DNA from: Gemmatimonadaceae bacterium
GTDB taxonomy: Bacteria; Gemmatimonadota; Gemmatimonadetes; Gemmatimonadales; Gemmatimonadaceae
DNA: 64,000 nt
Direction: 5' to 3'
Assembly (NCBI GenBank): GCA_051859245.1
Contig: JBHYGA010000001.1
Coordinates: 960,001-1,024,000 of the forward strand
Positions 1-8,818 of this stretch are shown here, in pieces. How positions within the stretch are numbered: position 1 is the first letter of the stretch; each line of letters opens with the position of its first letter. Below the pieces are notes generated by a model. It ran no database searches. It was given only the letters and a program-made list of their open reading frames with translations, and was not told where the DNA came from. The position numbers and the translations under genes are program-made.

Positions 1-632
1 GTGCCAAGTACTCCAGCATCTTCAACTATCCCACGTTGTCGTGGGCGGACATGGGTGTGATCGGCTGGTTCGTGGATGGCGCGGCCATCGTGAATCAGAC
101 CATCCTTGCCAAAGCGTCCTACGGACCGTATGCGCGCGCCATGGTGCGCATTTGCAAGGAAGAAAACTTCCACAAGCGCCAGGGCTACGAAATCTGTGCC
201 ACGCTTGCCAACGGCACGCCCGCGCAACGCGAAATGCTGCAGGACGCGGTGAACCGTTTCTGGTGGCCCTCGCTCATGATGTTCGGTCCGAGCGATACCG
301 ATTCACCAAACTCGGCTGAGCTGCTCAAGTGGCGAGTGAAGCGCAAAACGAATGATGAGTTGCGCCAGCGTTTTGTGAACCTCACCGTGCCGCAGGCCGC
401 CGCGATCGGTGTGACGTTGCCGGATCCGGAGCTCCGATTCAACGCCGAAACGAACAACTGGGAGTTTGGTGAGATTGACTGGAGCGAGTTTTTCCAGGTG
501 ATTGGCGGCAACGGGCCGTGCAACCGGGAGCGCATTGCGGCACGCCAGAAGGCGCACGATGACGGCGCGTGGGTGCGTGCCGCGGCAACGGCGCACGCTG
601 CGAAACAGCGTCGCGATGTGCAGGCGGCGTAA
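1..632 (+). CDS. paaA: Phenylacetyl-CoA epoxidase subunit A (5' truncated by window edge)
   Basis: Frame reads [16 protein letters not shown]...[19 protein letters not shown]...[12 protein letters not shown], typical of PaaA; first gene of the paaABCD run. Confidence 0.95.
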   Translation, partial: AKYSSIFNYPTLSWADMGVIGWFVDGAAIVNQTILAKASYGPYARAMVRICKEENFHKRQGYEICATLANGTPAQREMLQDAVNRFWWPSLMMFGPSDTDSPNSAELLKWRVKRKTNDELRQRFVNLTVPQAAAIGVTLPDPELRFNAETNNWEFGEIDWSEFFQVIGGNGPCNRERIAARQKAHDDGAWVRAAATAHAAKQRRDVQAA

Positions 633-952
633 TGTCTACCAATGCGAAAGAAGCCAACGGCGTCGACACCGCTGGCCAGTGGGGCCTGTGGGAAGTGTTC
701 ACGCAAGCCGGAAAAGGTGCACCGCATGAACACGCGGGCAGTGTGCACGCAACGGATGCCGAACACGCCATGCAGAACGCACGCGATGTGTACGCGCGTC
801 GCGGCGAAGCCGTGAGTCTGTGGGTCGTGCCGGCCGACGCCATCATTGCGTCGGCACCGAGTGACGCGGGCCCGTTTTTTGACCCGGGCAACGATAAAGC
901 GTATCGCCATCCACAGTTTTACAAGGTGCCGCGCGGCGTGCGCGTCTTCTGA
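632..952 (+). CDS. paaB: Phenylacetyl-CoA epoxidase subunit B
   Basis: ATG overlaps the paaA TAA; LWEVF...HAGSVHA.DAEHAMQNARDVYARR...SLWVV...DKAYRHPQFY. Confidence 0.95.
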   Translation: MSTNAKEANGVDTAGQWGLWEVFTQAGKGAPHEHAGSVHATDAEHAMQNARDVYARRGEAVSLWVVPADAIIASAPSDAGPFFDPGNDKAYRHPQFYKVPRGVRVF

Positions 953-1791
953 TGTCGGCGCATGAAGAAGAGGGTGGCATAGCCGCCGGAAGTGCATCGG
1001 CCGTCACGATCAACGTGGCCGGAACGCGCGGGCCATCGTTCGGGCCACCCGTCGTTGAATATCTGCTGCGACTCGGTGATGATCGGCTGGTACTCGGACA
1101 TCGTTTGTCCGAATGGACCGGTCACGGCCCGATTCTCGAAGAAGACATTGCGCTGTCGAACATGGCGCTCGATCTCGTGGGCCAGGCCAACATGTTTCTC
1201 GGGCTGGCTGGTGAACTTGAAGGCAAAGGCCGTGACGCCGACGCACTCGCATTCTTTCGTGAGGGCGTGCAGTATCGCAACGCACTGATCGTTGAGTTGC
1301 CGCGTGGCGACTTTGGCTTCACCATGATGCGCCAGTTTTTGTTCGACGTGTACAGTGTGTTGTTGCTGGATGCACTGTCGTCGTGCGCACACGAGCAGCT
1401 CGCCGCCATTGCCGCCAAGTCACTCAAGGAGTGCAAGTACCATCTGCGCCACAGCAGCGAGTGGGTCGTACGACTCGGCGATGGCACAGAGGAGAGTCAC
1501 ACGCGCGTGCAGCAGTCGCTGAACGAGTTGTGGCGTTACACCGGCGAACTGTTCGTGCACGACGAAATTGATACAGCCGCTGCGGCCCTCGGTATCAATG
1601 TTGATGCGGGTGCGTTGCAGTCACGCTGGGACAGCATGGTGCAGGATGTGTTGCAGCGCGCCACGTTGTCCGCACCAAGCGGTGTGGTGATGAGCCTGGG
1701 TGGTCGGCGTGGTCGCCATACCGAGCACCTTGGTCACATGCTCTCTGTCATGCAGAGTGTGGCCCGGGCGCACCCCGGCGCAACCTGGTAG
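952..1791 (+). CDS. paaC: Phenylacetyl-CoA epoxidase subunit C
   Basis: LRLGDDRLVLGHRLSEWTGHGPILEEDIA, KSLKECKYH, GRHTEHLGHML, C-terminal PGATW. Confidence 0.95.
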   Translation: MSAHEEEGGIAAGSASAVTINVAGTRGPSFGPPVVEYLLRLGDDRLVLGHRLSEWTGHGPILEEDIALSNMALDLVGQANMFLGLAGELEGKGRDADALAFFREGVQYRNALIVELPRGDFGFTMMRQFLFDVYSVLLLDALSSCAHEQLAAIAAKSLKECKYHLRHSSEWVVRLGDGTEESHTRVQQSLNELWRYTGELFVHDEIDTAAAALGINVDAGALQSRWDSMVQDVLQRATLSAPSGVVMSLGGRRGRHTEHLGHMLSVMQSVARAHPGATW

Positions 1792-1796
1792 CGCAC

Positions 1797-2288
1797 ATGT
1801 CGCTGACGTCCGAGGCCGTCTACGAAGTGCTGCGCACGGTGATGGATCCCGAGGTGCCGGTGATCAGCGTTGTGGAGCTCGGCATCATTCGCGACGTGCA
1901 AGTGCACGGCAACACAGTGCAAGTCACGGTGACGCCCACATACTCCGGCTGTCCGGCAATGCACGAAATCGAAGCCGATATTCGGAGCGCACTGCTGAAA
2001 GCCGGAGCGGGCGACATTAACGTGATCACCACGTTCGCACCGGCCTGGACCACCGACTGGATCGGGCCGGAGGCGCGCGAAAAGTTGCGCGCTTATGGCA
2101 TTGCACCACCGGGGCGCGCCGAGCAGGGAGGGTTGATCACCCTCACCCGTCGGCGCGATCCGGTGCAGTGTCCGTTTTGTGCTTCGCGCGATACGCGATT
2201 GCAGAGCGAGTTCGGATCAACGGCCTGCAAGGCGATTCACGTGTGCAACAGCTGCCGGCAGCCGTTTGACGAGTTCAAAGCCATCTGA
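1797..2288 (+). CDS. paaD: Phenylacetyl-CoA epoxidase subunit D (SufT-like maturation protein)
   Basis: DPEVPVISVVELG, TPTYSGCPA, AWTTDW, CPFC, FGSTACKA, CxxC..PFDEFK. Confidence 0.93.
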   Translation: MSLTSEAVYEVLRTVMDPEVPVISVVELGIIRDVQVHGNTVQVTVTPTYSGCPAMHEIEADIRSALLKAGAGDINVITTFAPAWTTDWIGPEAREKLRAYGIAPPGRAEQGGLITLTRRRDPVQCPFCASRDTRLQSEFGSTACKAIHVCNSCRQPFDEFKAI

Positions 2289-2292
2289 ACCG

Positions 2293-3726
2293 TCAGACTT
2301 GCTGTGTTTTCCATGAGCCGCGTCGGAATAACACGGCGCTCACCAAAGCCAACACAGCATACGCGATCGGCACGGCAATAAAGACGCCGCGCTCCTTCAT
2401 TCCGAGTGTTTCTGCCAGCAACCACGCAAGCGGAATCTGGACCACCCAGAAACAGAAGAAGTTGATCCAGGTTGGTGTGCGGGTGTTGCCGGCACCGTTA
2501 AAAGATTGCTCGAACACCATACCCAGCGCGTACACCGGGAAGCCGAGACCAATCACGCGCAAGCCAAACTGCGCCACACGCGCCACGTCTTCGGAATCCG
2601 TAAACAAACGCACGAGCCATGGTGCGAAGATCAGAAACAACGCACCAATACTGCCGAGCACAATCACATTGAGTTTCACCGCCGTCCACACACTGCGTTC
2701 CGCGCGGTCGGGAAGCTTGGCGCCCAACGATTGCCCAACCATCGTTGCTGCCGCAGCGCCAATTCCAAACGCCGGCATGAGTGCGAACAGGATGATGCGA
2801 ATGGAAATCGTGTAGCCCGCCAACGCCGTACTGCCAAAACTTGAAACGATGCGCACGAGTGCGATCCAGCTCATTGAGCTGAGCGCTACCTGCACCGTAC
2901 CCCAGCCCGAAAGCTGGGCAATGCTCCACATCGTTTTGGGTTCGATCGCGAGATGTTGGCGGCGCACAGCGAGATGTCCTGTACCGCGCGTGAGCAACAG
3001 GAGTGCATACGCGAGACCAACACCGCGCCCGATCGTCGTCGCAATCGCGGCACCGGTGAGACCTAGTTCAGGAAATGGTCCGAGACCAAAGATGAGTGCT
3101 GGATCGAGCACACAGTTGATGCCGTTGCCCAGGATCAGCACGCGCATCGCCACCGCGGCATCGCCTGCGCCTCGGAAGACGGCGTTCACGAGAAACAGCA
3201 GAAATGCCGTGGCGCTACCGCCAAGCGTCACGCGCGCGTACATCGTGCCCTGGCTGAGTACGGCGTTGTCTGCGCCCATCAGCGTGAGCAGTTCAGGTGC
3301 CCAGATGGCGCCAACAATGCACAGCACCGTGGACAATCCCAGACCGAGTAGCAACACCTGAACAGCCGCGCGGGCCGCACTGTCGCCGTCTTTTTCGCCG
3401 ATACGACGTGCAACGGTTGCAGATGCACCGATACTCAGGCCGAACGCGATCGTGTAGATCACGATCATCAATGATTCGGTAAGGCCCACCGTCGCCACCG
3501 CAGCAGCGCCAAGTCGACCCACAAAAAACACATCGACCACGGCGAAGATGCTTTCCATCGACATCTCGATCACCATGGGCAGCGCGAGCAACAGAATCGC
3601 GCGGCCAATCGTGCCGCTGGTGTAGTCGTGGGAAGTGCCGCGTAATGCGTCGCGAACGTCGCGCCAGAAGCCCGCGTCTTCGCGGTTCGATGGATCAGGC
3701 ACGGTGGACTCGAGAGAAGTATGCAA
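2293..3726 (-). CDS. MATE-family efflux transporter
   Basis: 477 aa with about 12 hydrophobic segments; LALPMVIEM, FVGRLG, RGAGDA, LDPALIFG motifs; TTG start preceded by GAGG. Confidence 0.9.
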   Translation of the reverse strand: MHTSLESTVPDPSNREDAGFWRDVRDALRGTSHDYTSGTIGRAILLLALPMVIEMSMESIFAVVDVFFVGRLGAAAVATVGLTESLMIVIYTIAFGLSIGASATVARRIGEKDGDSAARAAVQVLLLGLGLSTVLCIVGAIWAPELLTLMGADNAVLSQGTMYARVTLGGSATAFLLFLVNAVFRGAGDAAVAMRVLILGNGINCVLDPALIFGLGPFPELGLTGAAIATTIGRGVGLAYALLLLTRGTGHLAVRRQHLAIEPKTMWSIAQLSGWGTVQVALSSMSWIALVRIVSSFGSTALAGYTISIRIILFALMPAFGIGAAAATMVGQSLGAKLPDRAERSVWTAVKLNVIVLGSIGALFLIFAPWLVRLFTDSEDVARVAQFGLRVIGLGFPVYALGMVFEQSFNGAGNTRTPTWINFFCFWVVQIPLAWLLAETLGMKERGVFIAVPIAYAVLALVSAVLFRRGSWKTQQV

Positions 3727-3749
3727 GGGAGAACCTCAAAGGATCACAA

Positions 3750-3790
3750 ATGAAAATGCCCCGCCTGTTCGTAGTCGAAGCAGGGGGGGC
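3750..3790 (-). terminator. Intrinsic terminator in the MATE leader (attenuator)
   Basis: Minus-strand stem G(C)7UGCUUCG-ACUA-CGAACAGGCGGGGC followed by AUUUUCAUUU, about 30 nt before the MATE start. Confidence 0.7.
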
Positions 3791-3826
3791 GATTTGATCC
3801 TCGAGACGCAGCCGTGTGTGGCTCGC

Positions 3827-3946
3827 CTACCAGAGGTGCCCTGCTTCGAGATGCCATGCACTGCACATCGCCGTGGCTACCGAGCGGTAGCGCACAGCCC
3901 GGTGCGACCGGGCGGCGAGGGTAGTGCTGCGAAGCAGGAAGTCCAT
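3827..3946 (-). CDS. Putative leader peptide, 39 aa (MDFLLRSTTLAARSHRAVRYRSVATAMCSAWHLEAGHLW)
   Basis: ATG-initiated ORF inside the MATE leader, overlapping the anti-antiterminator; no clear Shine-Dalgarno. Confidence 0.4.
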   Translation of the reverse strand: MDFLLRSTTLAARSHRAVRYRSVATAMCSAWHLEAGHLW

Positions 3947-3986
3947 AGAACAAATACCGGAAGTAGCGAAGAACGGTTGAGGCAGA

Positions 3987-4015
3987 ATAGTACGGCGAGC
4001 CATCGCGCAAGGCAA
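3987..4015 (-). promoter_or_regulatory. Putative sigma70 promoter of the MATE leader
   Basis: TTGCCT-17 nt-TACTAT on the minus strand. Confidence 0.55.
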
Positions 4016-4030
4016 TCGCCTATTTGTGGG

Positions 4031-4606
4031 TCACCTGACCCGGTACGAGGCGCGGTCAACGGCTTCCTGTCGACGCAGTGCCTCGCGCCAGTCAACCGTG
4101 GGGGCGACGCCCTGATCATCAAGCGACAAACTCGCCAAGGCGCGCTCAACAACGGGAGCACCGAGCTCAGCTGGTAGTGCGTAGCCGAACGCCAATTCGG
4201 CGCGTCGACAGAGTCGTTCCTCACGTGCAGAATCACGACCAGTCCGCGCTACACCCATCGCGTGTACGCGCGCGTGCACCCCTTCGTGCAAAATTGAACT
4301 CGCGACCGGCGCCGCGCTGATGTCTCGCCGCGCCAGAAATGTGAGTTCGGTAATGATCACCTGCTCATCGGGAATAAACGCACCGCGACATGCGAATCGC
4401 TCTACGCGAATGGCGCGCACATCGCGGGAGAGATGGCGCAAACGCCAAGGTTGATGCGTCTCGATGAGATCAAGGGCCTCGTGCAGTCGAGCGAGCGCAT
4501 CAGTTGTGCGGATATCGGCGCGCGTATTGAGCACCTCCACATTGATTCCGTGCGAGCTGACAAAGTGTTGCCATTCGGCCTTCTCGCTTCCGAAGTCGTC
4601 AGACAT
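4031..4606 (-). CDS. Hypothetical protein with HExxH zincin-like motif
   Basis: 191 aa; ILHEGVHARVH followed by a downstream EE; start overlaps the E1 stop. Confidence 0.6.
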   Translation of the reverse strand: MSDDFGSEKAEWQHFVSSHGINVEVLNTRADIRTTDALARLHEALDLIETHQPWRLRHLSRDVRAIRVERFACRGAFIPDEQVIITELTFLARRDISAAPVASSILHEGVHARVHAMGVARTGRDSAREERLCRRAELAFGYALPAELGAPVVERALASLSLDDQGVAPTVDWREALRRQEAVDRASYRVR

Positions 4607-6746
4607 GCAGTAACTCGCGAATCGCCCCGCCGATTTCGCTTACGCCCGGGAGCACCGCCGCCAGCAATACTTCGTGGTAGGGCATGGGAATGTCCTTGGG
4701 TGCGAGTCGCTGCACCGGTGCATCAAGAAACCAGAAGCCCTCCTGCGCAATCGTGGCGGCGATTTCTGCACCAAAGCCAGCCGTCAGATTGTCCTCGTGG
4801 ACAATCAGGCAACGGCCGGTCTTCTTGACGCTGGCGAGCACAGCGGCACGATCCCACGGCGCGATCGTGCGCAGGTCAATGACTTCAACGCGCTCGCCAA
4901 ACTGTTCCGCCGCCTCACGGCACCGGTGCACCATCGCACCCCATGACACGAGGGTCAAGTCCGTGCCCTCGCGCACGATGCGCGCACGACCGAGCGGCAG
5001 CACATAGTCATCACCCGGATAGCGGGCGCTGCCTTCGCCCGTCATGAGCAGCGATCGATGCTCAAAAAAGATCGTCGGGTTCGGACTGCGCATCGCGGCG
5101 CGCAGCAATCCCACGGCGTCGGCCGCGTTGGACGGCATCACGACCTGCCAGCCGTACGCGTGCGCGAATCGCACCTCGTCACTCAGACTGTGCCACGGAT
5201 CGCCCACGTCCTTTCCAAAGCCTCCCGGCATGCGCACGACCATGGGCGCGGCAAAGCGATTCGCGGTGCGCCAGCGCATGGTGCCGGTGTTGTTCAACTG
5301 CTCGGTGGCCGGATCGGCGTACTTGCGAAACTGAATCTCTGCGACTGGCATGAGGCCGGCGATCGCCATGCCAGACGCGCGCCCCACAATGCCTTCTTCC
5401 GACAAGCTCGTGTCGAACACGCGCGCCGTGCCGAACTGTTTTTGCAGCCCCTCGGTGACAAGGTGTACGCCACCTTTTTTGCCCACATCTTCGCCGAACA
5501 CCACAACCTTCGGGTTCACCGCCAGTTCGTGGCGCAGCGTGCGTCTGATGGCTTCCGGAAAGCGGAGCAGTTCGCCGTCTTCCACCGCTTCATCGGAACC
5601 ACCAAGTGCCGCACGTTCAGCACGCGACAGTCCGCCAAGCGCTTCCGGCGCGTTGTCACTCTCGTCGGCGTACACGTACTGTGCAATGCGTGATGCATCC
5701 GGAATCGCGCGTGCTCGCGCTGCGTCCAGTGCGATATGCACATCGTGATGCACTTCGGCCTCAAGCGCGGACCATTCCGTTTCCGAAAGCAGCGCCGGTA
5801 CCAGATAGGCACGCAAGTTTGGCAACGGATCTCGCGCCTGATCGGCCGAAATTTCGGCGTCCGACCGGTAGCCTTTTTGATTGTCCGGCCCGGAGTGACT
5901 CGAGAGACGCGGTACCGTGAGGCGAACCAGCGCGGGCCCGGCGCCGCCACGCACATGCTCCACACATTCCGTGAGCAGGTGCCCGGATTCGTGCGGATCA
6001 GAACCATTGCCGTCGCGCACCAAGAGATTGCCGAACGACGCAAGATTACGCGCGATGTTCGCGCCCGGCGTCTGCATGTCACCGGAGACTGAGATGCCGA
6101 GATTGTTGTCTTCGATGTAGAAGAGCATTGGCAACTTGAGCGTCGTCGCCATGGTGAGCGCGGCCCAGAAACCACTCGTGGCCACCGACGCATCGCCGCC
6201 AAGCGCAACGCCGATCGCGCCGTCCCAGCCGTCTTCTTTCAGCGTGTCACGGTAGTACTGCACCGACTGCGCCCAGCCGGCCACCGGCGTGTACTGGGAG
6301 CCCACGTCGCCCGACATCGGGAGCACCACGGGGCCGTTCCGATTCGGCAGATTGCACACCACACCGATATCGCGTCCATCAGAAAACCCGCCCGCGCGCC
6401 CGAGCGGACTGCCGAGTGCGTCGTCGAGCGGCAAGCCAAGCGCCAGCAGGAACGGACGCGAGCGGTAGTAGGCGCCGGCCGCGTCGTGTCGCGCGTTGAT
6501 GAGCGAACCGAGAATTGTCTGGGCCACATCGTGTCCTCGCGATGAGAACTGGTACAGCACCACGTGTTCCTTGGGCACCTTCGCGCGGTCGCGGTTGGTC
6601 GCCTCCTCAATGTCGTCGAGCAGGCGTGAGGCCAGCGCGTTTCGGGCGACCTCGCGCCACGGGATGCCCGGCACGAGCCCGGATGCGGTGTGGCCGTCGG
6701 AACGTGCCTTGGCCGGCGTGCGACTGGAGCGAGCAGTGTGTGCCAT
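4599..6746 (-). CDS. Fused alpha/beta 2-oxoacid dehydrogenase E1 (TPP-dependent)
   Basis: GDASVA...EDNN TPP motif, RLSSHS, VFGEDVG, RVFDTSLSE, AEIQF, IFFEH, VIDLRT. Confidence 0.9.
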   Translation of the reverse strand: MAHTARSSRTPAKARSDGHTASGLVPGIPWREVARNALASRLLDDIEEATNRDRAKVPKEHVVLYQFSSRGHDVAQTILGSLINARHDAAGAYYRSRPFLLALGLPLDDALGSPLGRAGGFSDGRDIGVVCNLPNRNGPVVLPMSGDVGSQYTPVAGWAQSVQYYRDTLKEDGWDGAIGVALGGDASVATSGFWAALTMATTLKLPMLFYIEDNNLGISVSGDMQTPGANIARNLASFGNLLVRDGNGSDPHESGHLLTECVEHVRGGAGPALVRLTVPRLSSHSGPDNQKGYRSDAEISADQARDPLPNLRAYLVPALLSETEWSALEAEVHHDVHIALDAARARAIPDASRIAQYVYADESDNAPEALGGLSRAERAALGGSDEAVEDGELLRFPEAIRRTLRHELAVNPKVVVFGEDVGKKGGVHLVTEGLQKQFGTARVFDTSLSEEGIVGRASGMAIAGLMPVAEIQFRKYADPATEQLNNTGTMRWRTANRFAAPMVVRMPGGFGKDVGDPWHSLSDEVRFAHAYGWQVVMPSNAADAVGLLRAAMRSPNPTIFFEHRSLLMTGEGSARYPGDDYVLPLGRARIVREGTDLTLVSWGAMVHRCREAAEQFGERVEVIDLRTIAPWDRAAVLASVKKTGRCLIVHEDNLTAGFGAEIAATIAQEGFWFLDAPVQRLAPKDIPMPYHEVLLAAVLPGVSEIGGAIRELLHV

Positions 6747-6833
6747 GAGCAGTAGAGCGGGGAACGGCGGCCCGTCGTGCGAATGCGCAACGAACGGGAG
6801 GCGTGAGGCGGTAGCACCTCGTATCTTGATAAG

Positions 6834-7625
6834 ATGACCTACCAGTTCATCATCGCGGGAGTGGCGGACGGTGTTCTGTCCATCACGCTCAACCGTCCGG
6901 ATGTGCTTAACAGCTTTACCCGGGCCATGGCGCGTGAGGTGCAACACGCGCTGCAGCACGCCACAAACGAGCCGGACATCAGGGCGGTCTTACTCACGGG
7001 AGCCGGCCGCGGCTTCTGTGCCGGCCAGGATCTCTCGGAAGTGCTCCCCGAGGGCGACGGCCCCATGCCCGATATCAGCGAGATCGTGCGGGAGAGCTAC
7101 AACCCCATCATTCTCGCGATTCGCACGCTCGAGAAGCCGGTGATTTGCGCGGTGAATGGGGTCGCCGCGGGCGCCGGCGCGAATCTGGCCTTTGCCTGCG
7201 ACCTCACGATTGCCGCAGAAGAGGCGGTCTTTGTGGAGAGCTTCGCCAAGCTCGGGCTCATTCCGGATACCAGTGGCACGTTCTTTGTCCCGCGCCTCGT
7301 GGGCATGCAGCGCGCCACCGGCATGTTCTTTCTGGGCGAAAAGATGACCGCCGCGAAAGCCAAAGAGTGGGGGCTCATCTGGGACGTCGTTCCGCACGCG
7401 CTATTGCACGACACGGCGCTGGAAATGGCGCGGATGCTGGCCACGCAGGCCACGCGCGGCTTCGGACTCACCAAGCGCGCCCTGAACGCGTCGTTCACCA
7501 ACACGCTGTCTGATCAGCTCGCCGTGGAAGCGGAATGCATGCAGCAGGCCGGTCGCACCGACGACTACGCCGAAGGTGTGCGCGCATTTCTTGCCAAACG
7601 CAAACCGGTGTATCGCGGCACATGA
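6834..7625 (+). CDS. paaG: 2-(1,2-epoxy-1,2-dihydrophenyl)acetyl-CoA isomerase (crotonase family)
   Basis: ITLNRPDVLNSF, GAGRGFCAGQDL, YNP, AVNGVAAGAGANLA, GLIPD. Confidence 0.9.
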   Translation: MTYQFIIAGVADGVLSITLNRPDVLNSFTRAMAREVQHALQHATNEPDIRAVLLTGAGRGFCAGQDLSEVLPEGDGPMPDISEIVRESYNPIILAIRTLEKPVICAVNGVAAGAGANLAFACDLTIAAEEAVFVESFAKLGLIPDTSGTFFVPRLVGMQRATGMFFLGEKMTAAKAKEWGLIWDVVPHALLHDTALEMARMLATQATRGFGLTKRALNASFTNTLSDQLAVEAECMQQAGRTDDYAEGVRAFLAKRKPVYRGT

Positions 7626-8818
7626 CCGTGGCATTCACTGCTCAAGACGTGATCGGTGTGGTTGGTGCCGGCGCGATGGGCGCGGGCATTGCGCAAGTCG
7701 CTGCGCAAGCCGGACATCGCGTGGTGTTGGCTGATGCACAGTCGGCGTCCATCGCTCGCGCACGTGCGGGACACGTCAAGGCGATGGCGCGCGACGTGGA
7801 GAAGGGCAAACGAACGCGCGATGACGCCGACGCGGTGCTCTCGCGCATGCACTATGTGGAGGGAACGGATCTCTCCGCGTTCGCTGAGTGTTCGCTGGTG
7901 ATCGAAGCGGTGATTGAAGATCTCGCGATCAAACGCGCACTCTTCGCGCAGCTTGAACAGGTGGTTGCACCCACTGCGGTGCTGGCGAGCAACACCTCGT
8001 CGTTGTCGATCGCGGCGATTGCCGGCGCCTGCACACACAGTGGCCGGGTGATCGGCATTCACTTTTTTAATCCGGCGCCGATCATGCCGCTGGTTGAGAT
8101 CGTGCCAACGCTCACAACCGAGCACCCGCTGGCCGACCACGTGCAGCACCTCGTTGACGCGTGGGGAAAAACAACGGTGCGCGCGGCCGATACACCCGGC
8201 TTCATCGTGAATCGTATTGCGCGGCCGTTCTACGGCGAATCGCTGCGTTTGCACGAAGAGGGCGTGGCGGATTGTGCAACGATTGACTGGGCGATGCGCG
8301 AGATTGGCGGATTCCGCATGGGACCGTTCGAGCTCATGGACTTTATTGGCAACGACGTGAACTACGCGGTCACCTGCTCCGTGTTCGAAGCCATGTCGTA
8401 CGATCCACGCTACAAGCCGGCAATCCAGCAGCGGCGTCTCGTTGAAGCCGGGTGGCTTGGTCGGAAAACGGGACGAGGCTACTACGACTACCGCGATGGA
8501 TCCGAAATGCCGGCGCCACACACCGATCGCGCGCTTGGCGAACGCATTGTTGCTCGTGTGCTCGCCATGCTGGTGAATGAGGCGGTCGACGCAGTGCATC
8601 TGCGTGTCGCGTCGGCGCAGGACATCGAACTGGCCATGACGCGTGGTGTGAACTATCCGCGCGGTCTGCTTGCGTGGGGCGACCAGATTGGCGCCGCGCA
8701 GGTGCTCTCCCAGCTCGACGCGCTGCACACCGAGTACGGTGAAGACCGCTATCGCCCCAGTGTTCGTTTGCGACGTGCGGTTGCAAGCGGAACGTCTCTC
8801 CTGGAACCCATCGCATGA
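7622..8818 (+). CDS. paaH: 3-hydroxyadipyl-CoA dehydrogenase
   Basis: GAGAMGAGIA Rossmann motif, SNTSSL, HFFNPAP, PGFIVNR, MGPFEL; paa context. Confidence 0.9.
   Translation: MTVAFTAQDVIGVVGAGAMGAGIAQVAAQAGHRVVLADAQSASIARARAGHVKAMARDVEKGKRTRDDADAVLSRMHYVEGTDLSAFAECSLVIEAVIEDLAIKRALFAQLEQVVAPTAVLASNTSSLSIAAIAGACTHSGRVIGIHFFNPAPIMPLVEIVPTLTTEHPLADHVQHLVDAWGKTTVRAADTPGFIVNRIARPFYGESLRLHEEGVADCATIDWAMREIGGFRMGPFELMDFIGNDVNYAVTCSVFEAMSYDPRYKPAIQQRRLVEAGWLGRKTGRGYYDYRDGSEMPAPHTDRALGERIVARVLAMLVNEAVDAVHLRVASAQDIELAMTRGVNYPRGLLAWGDQIGAAQVLSQLDALHTEYGEDRYRPSVRLRRAVASGTSLLEPIA

Noticed and set aside
3727..3980. MATE leader as a known riboswitch, SRP RNA or T-box
   Set aside because: I see no signature motifs of TPP, FMN, SAM, cobalamin, guanidine, SRP or T-box elements; kept as an unclassified attenuator
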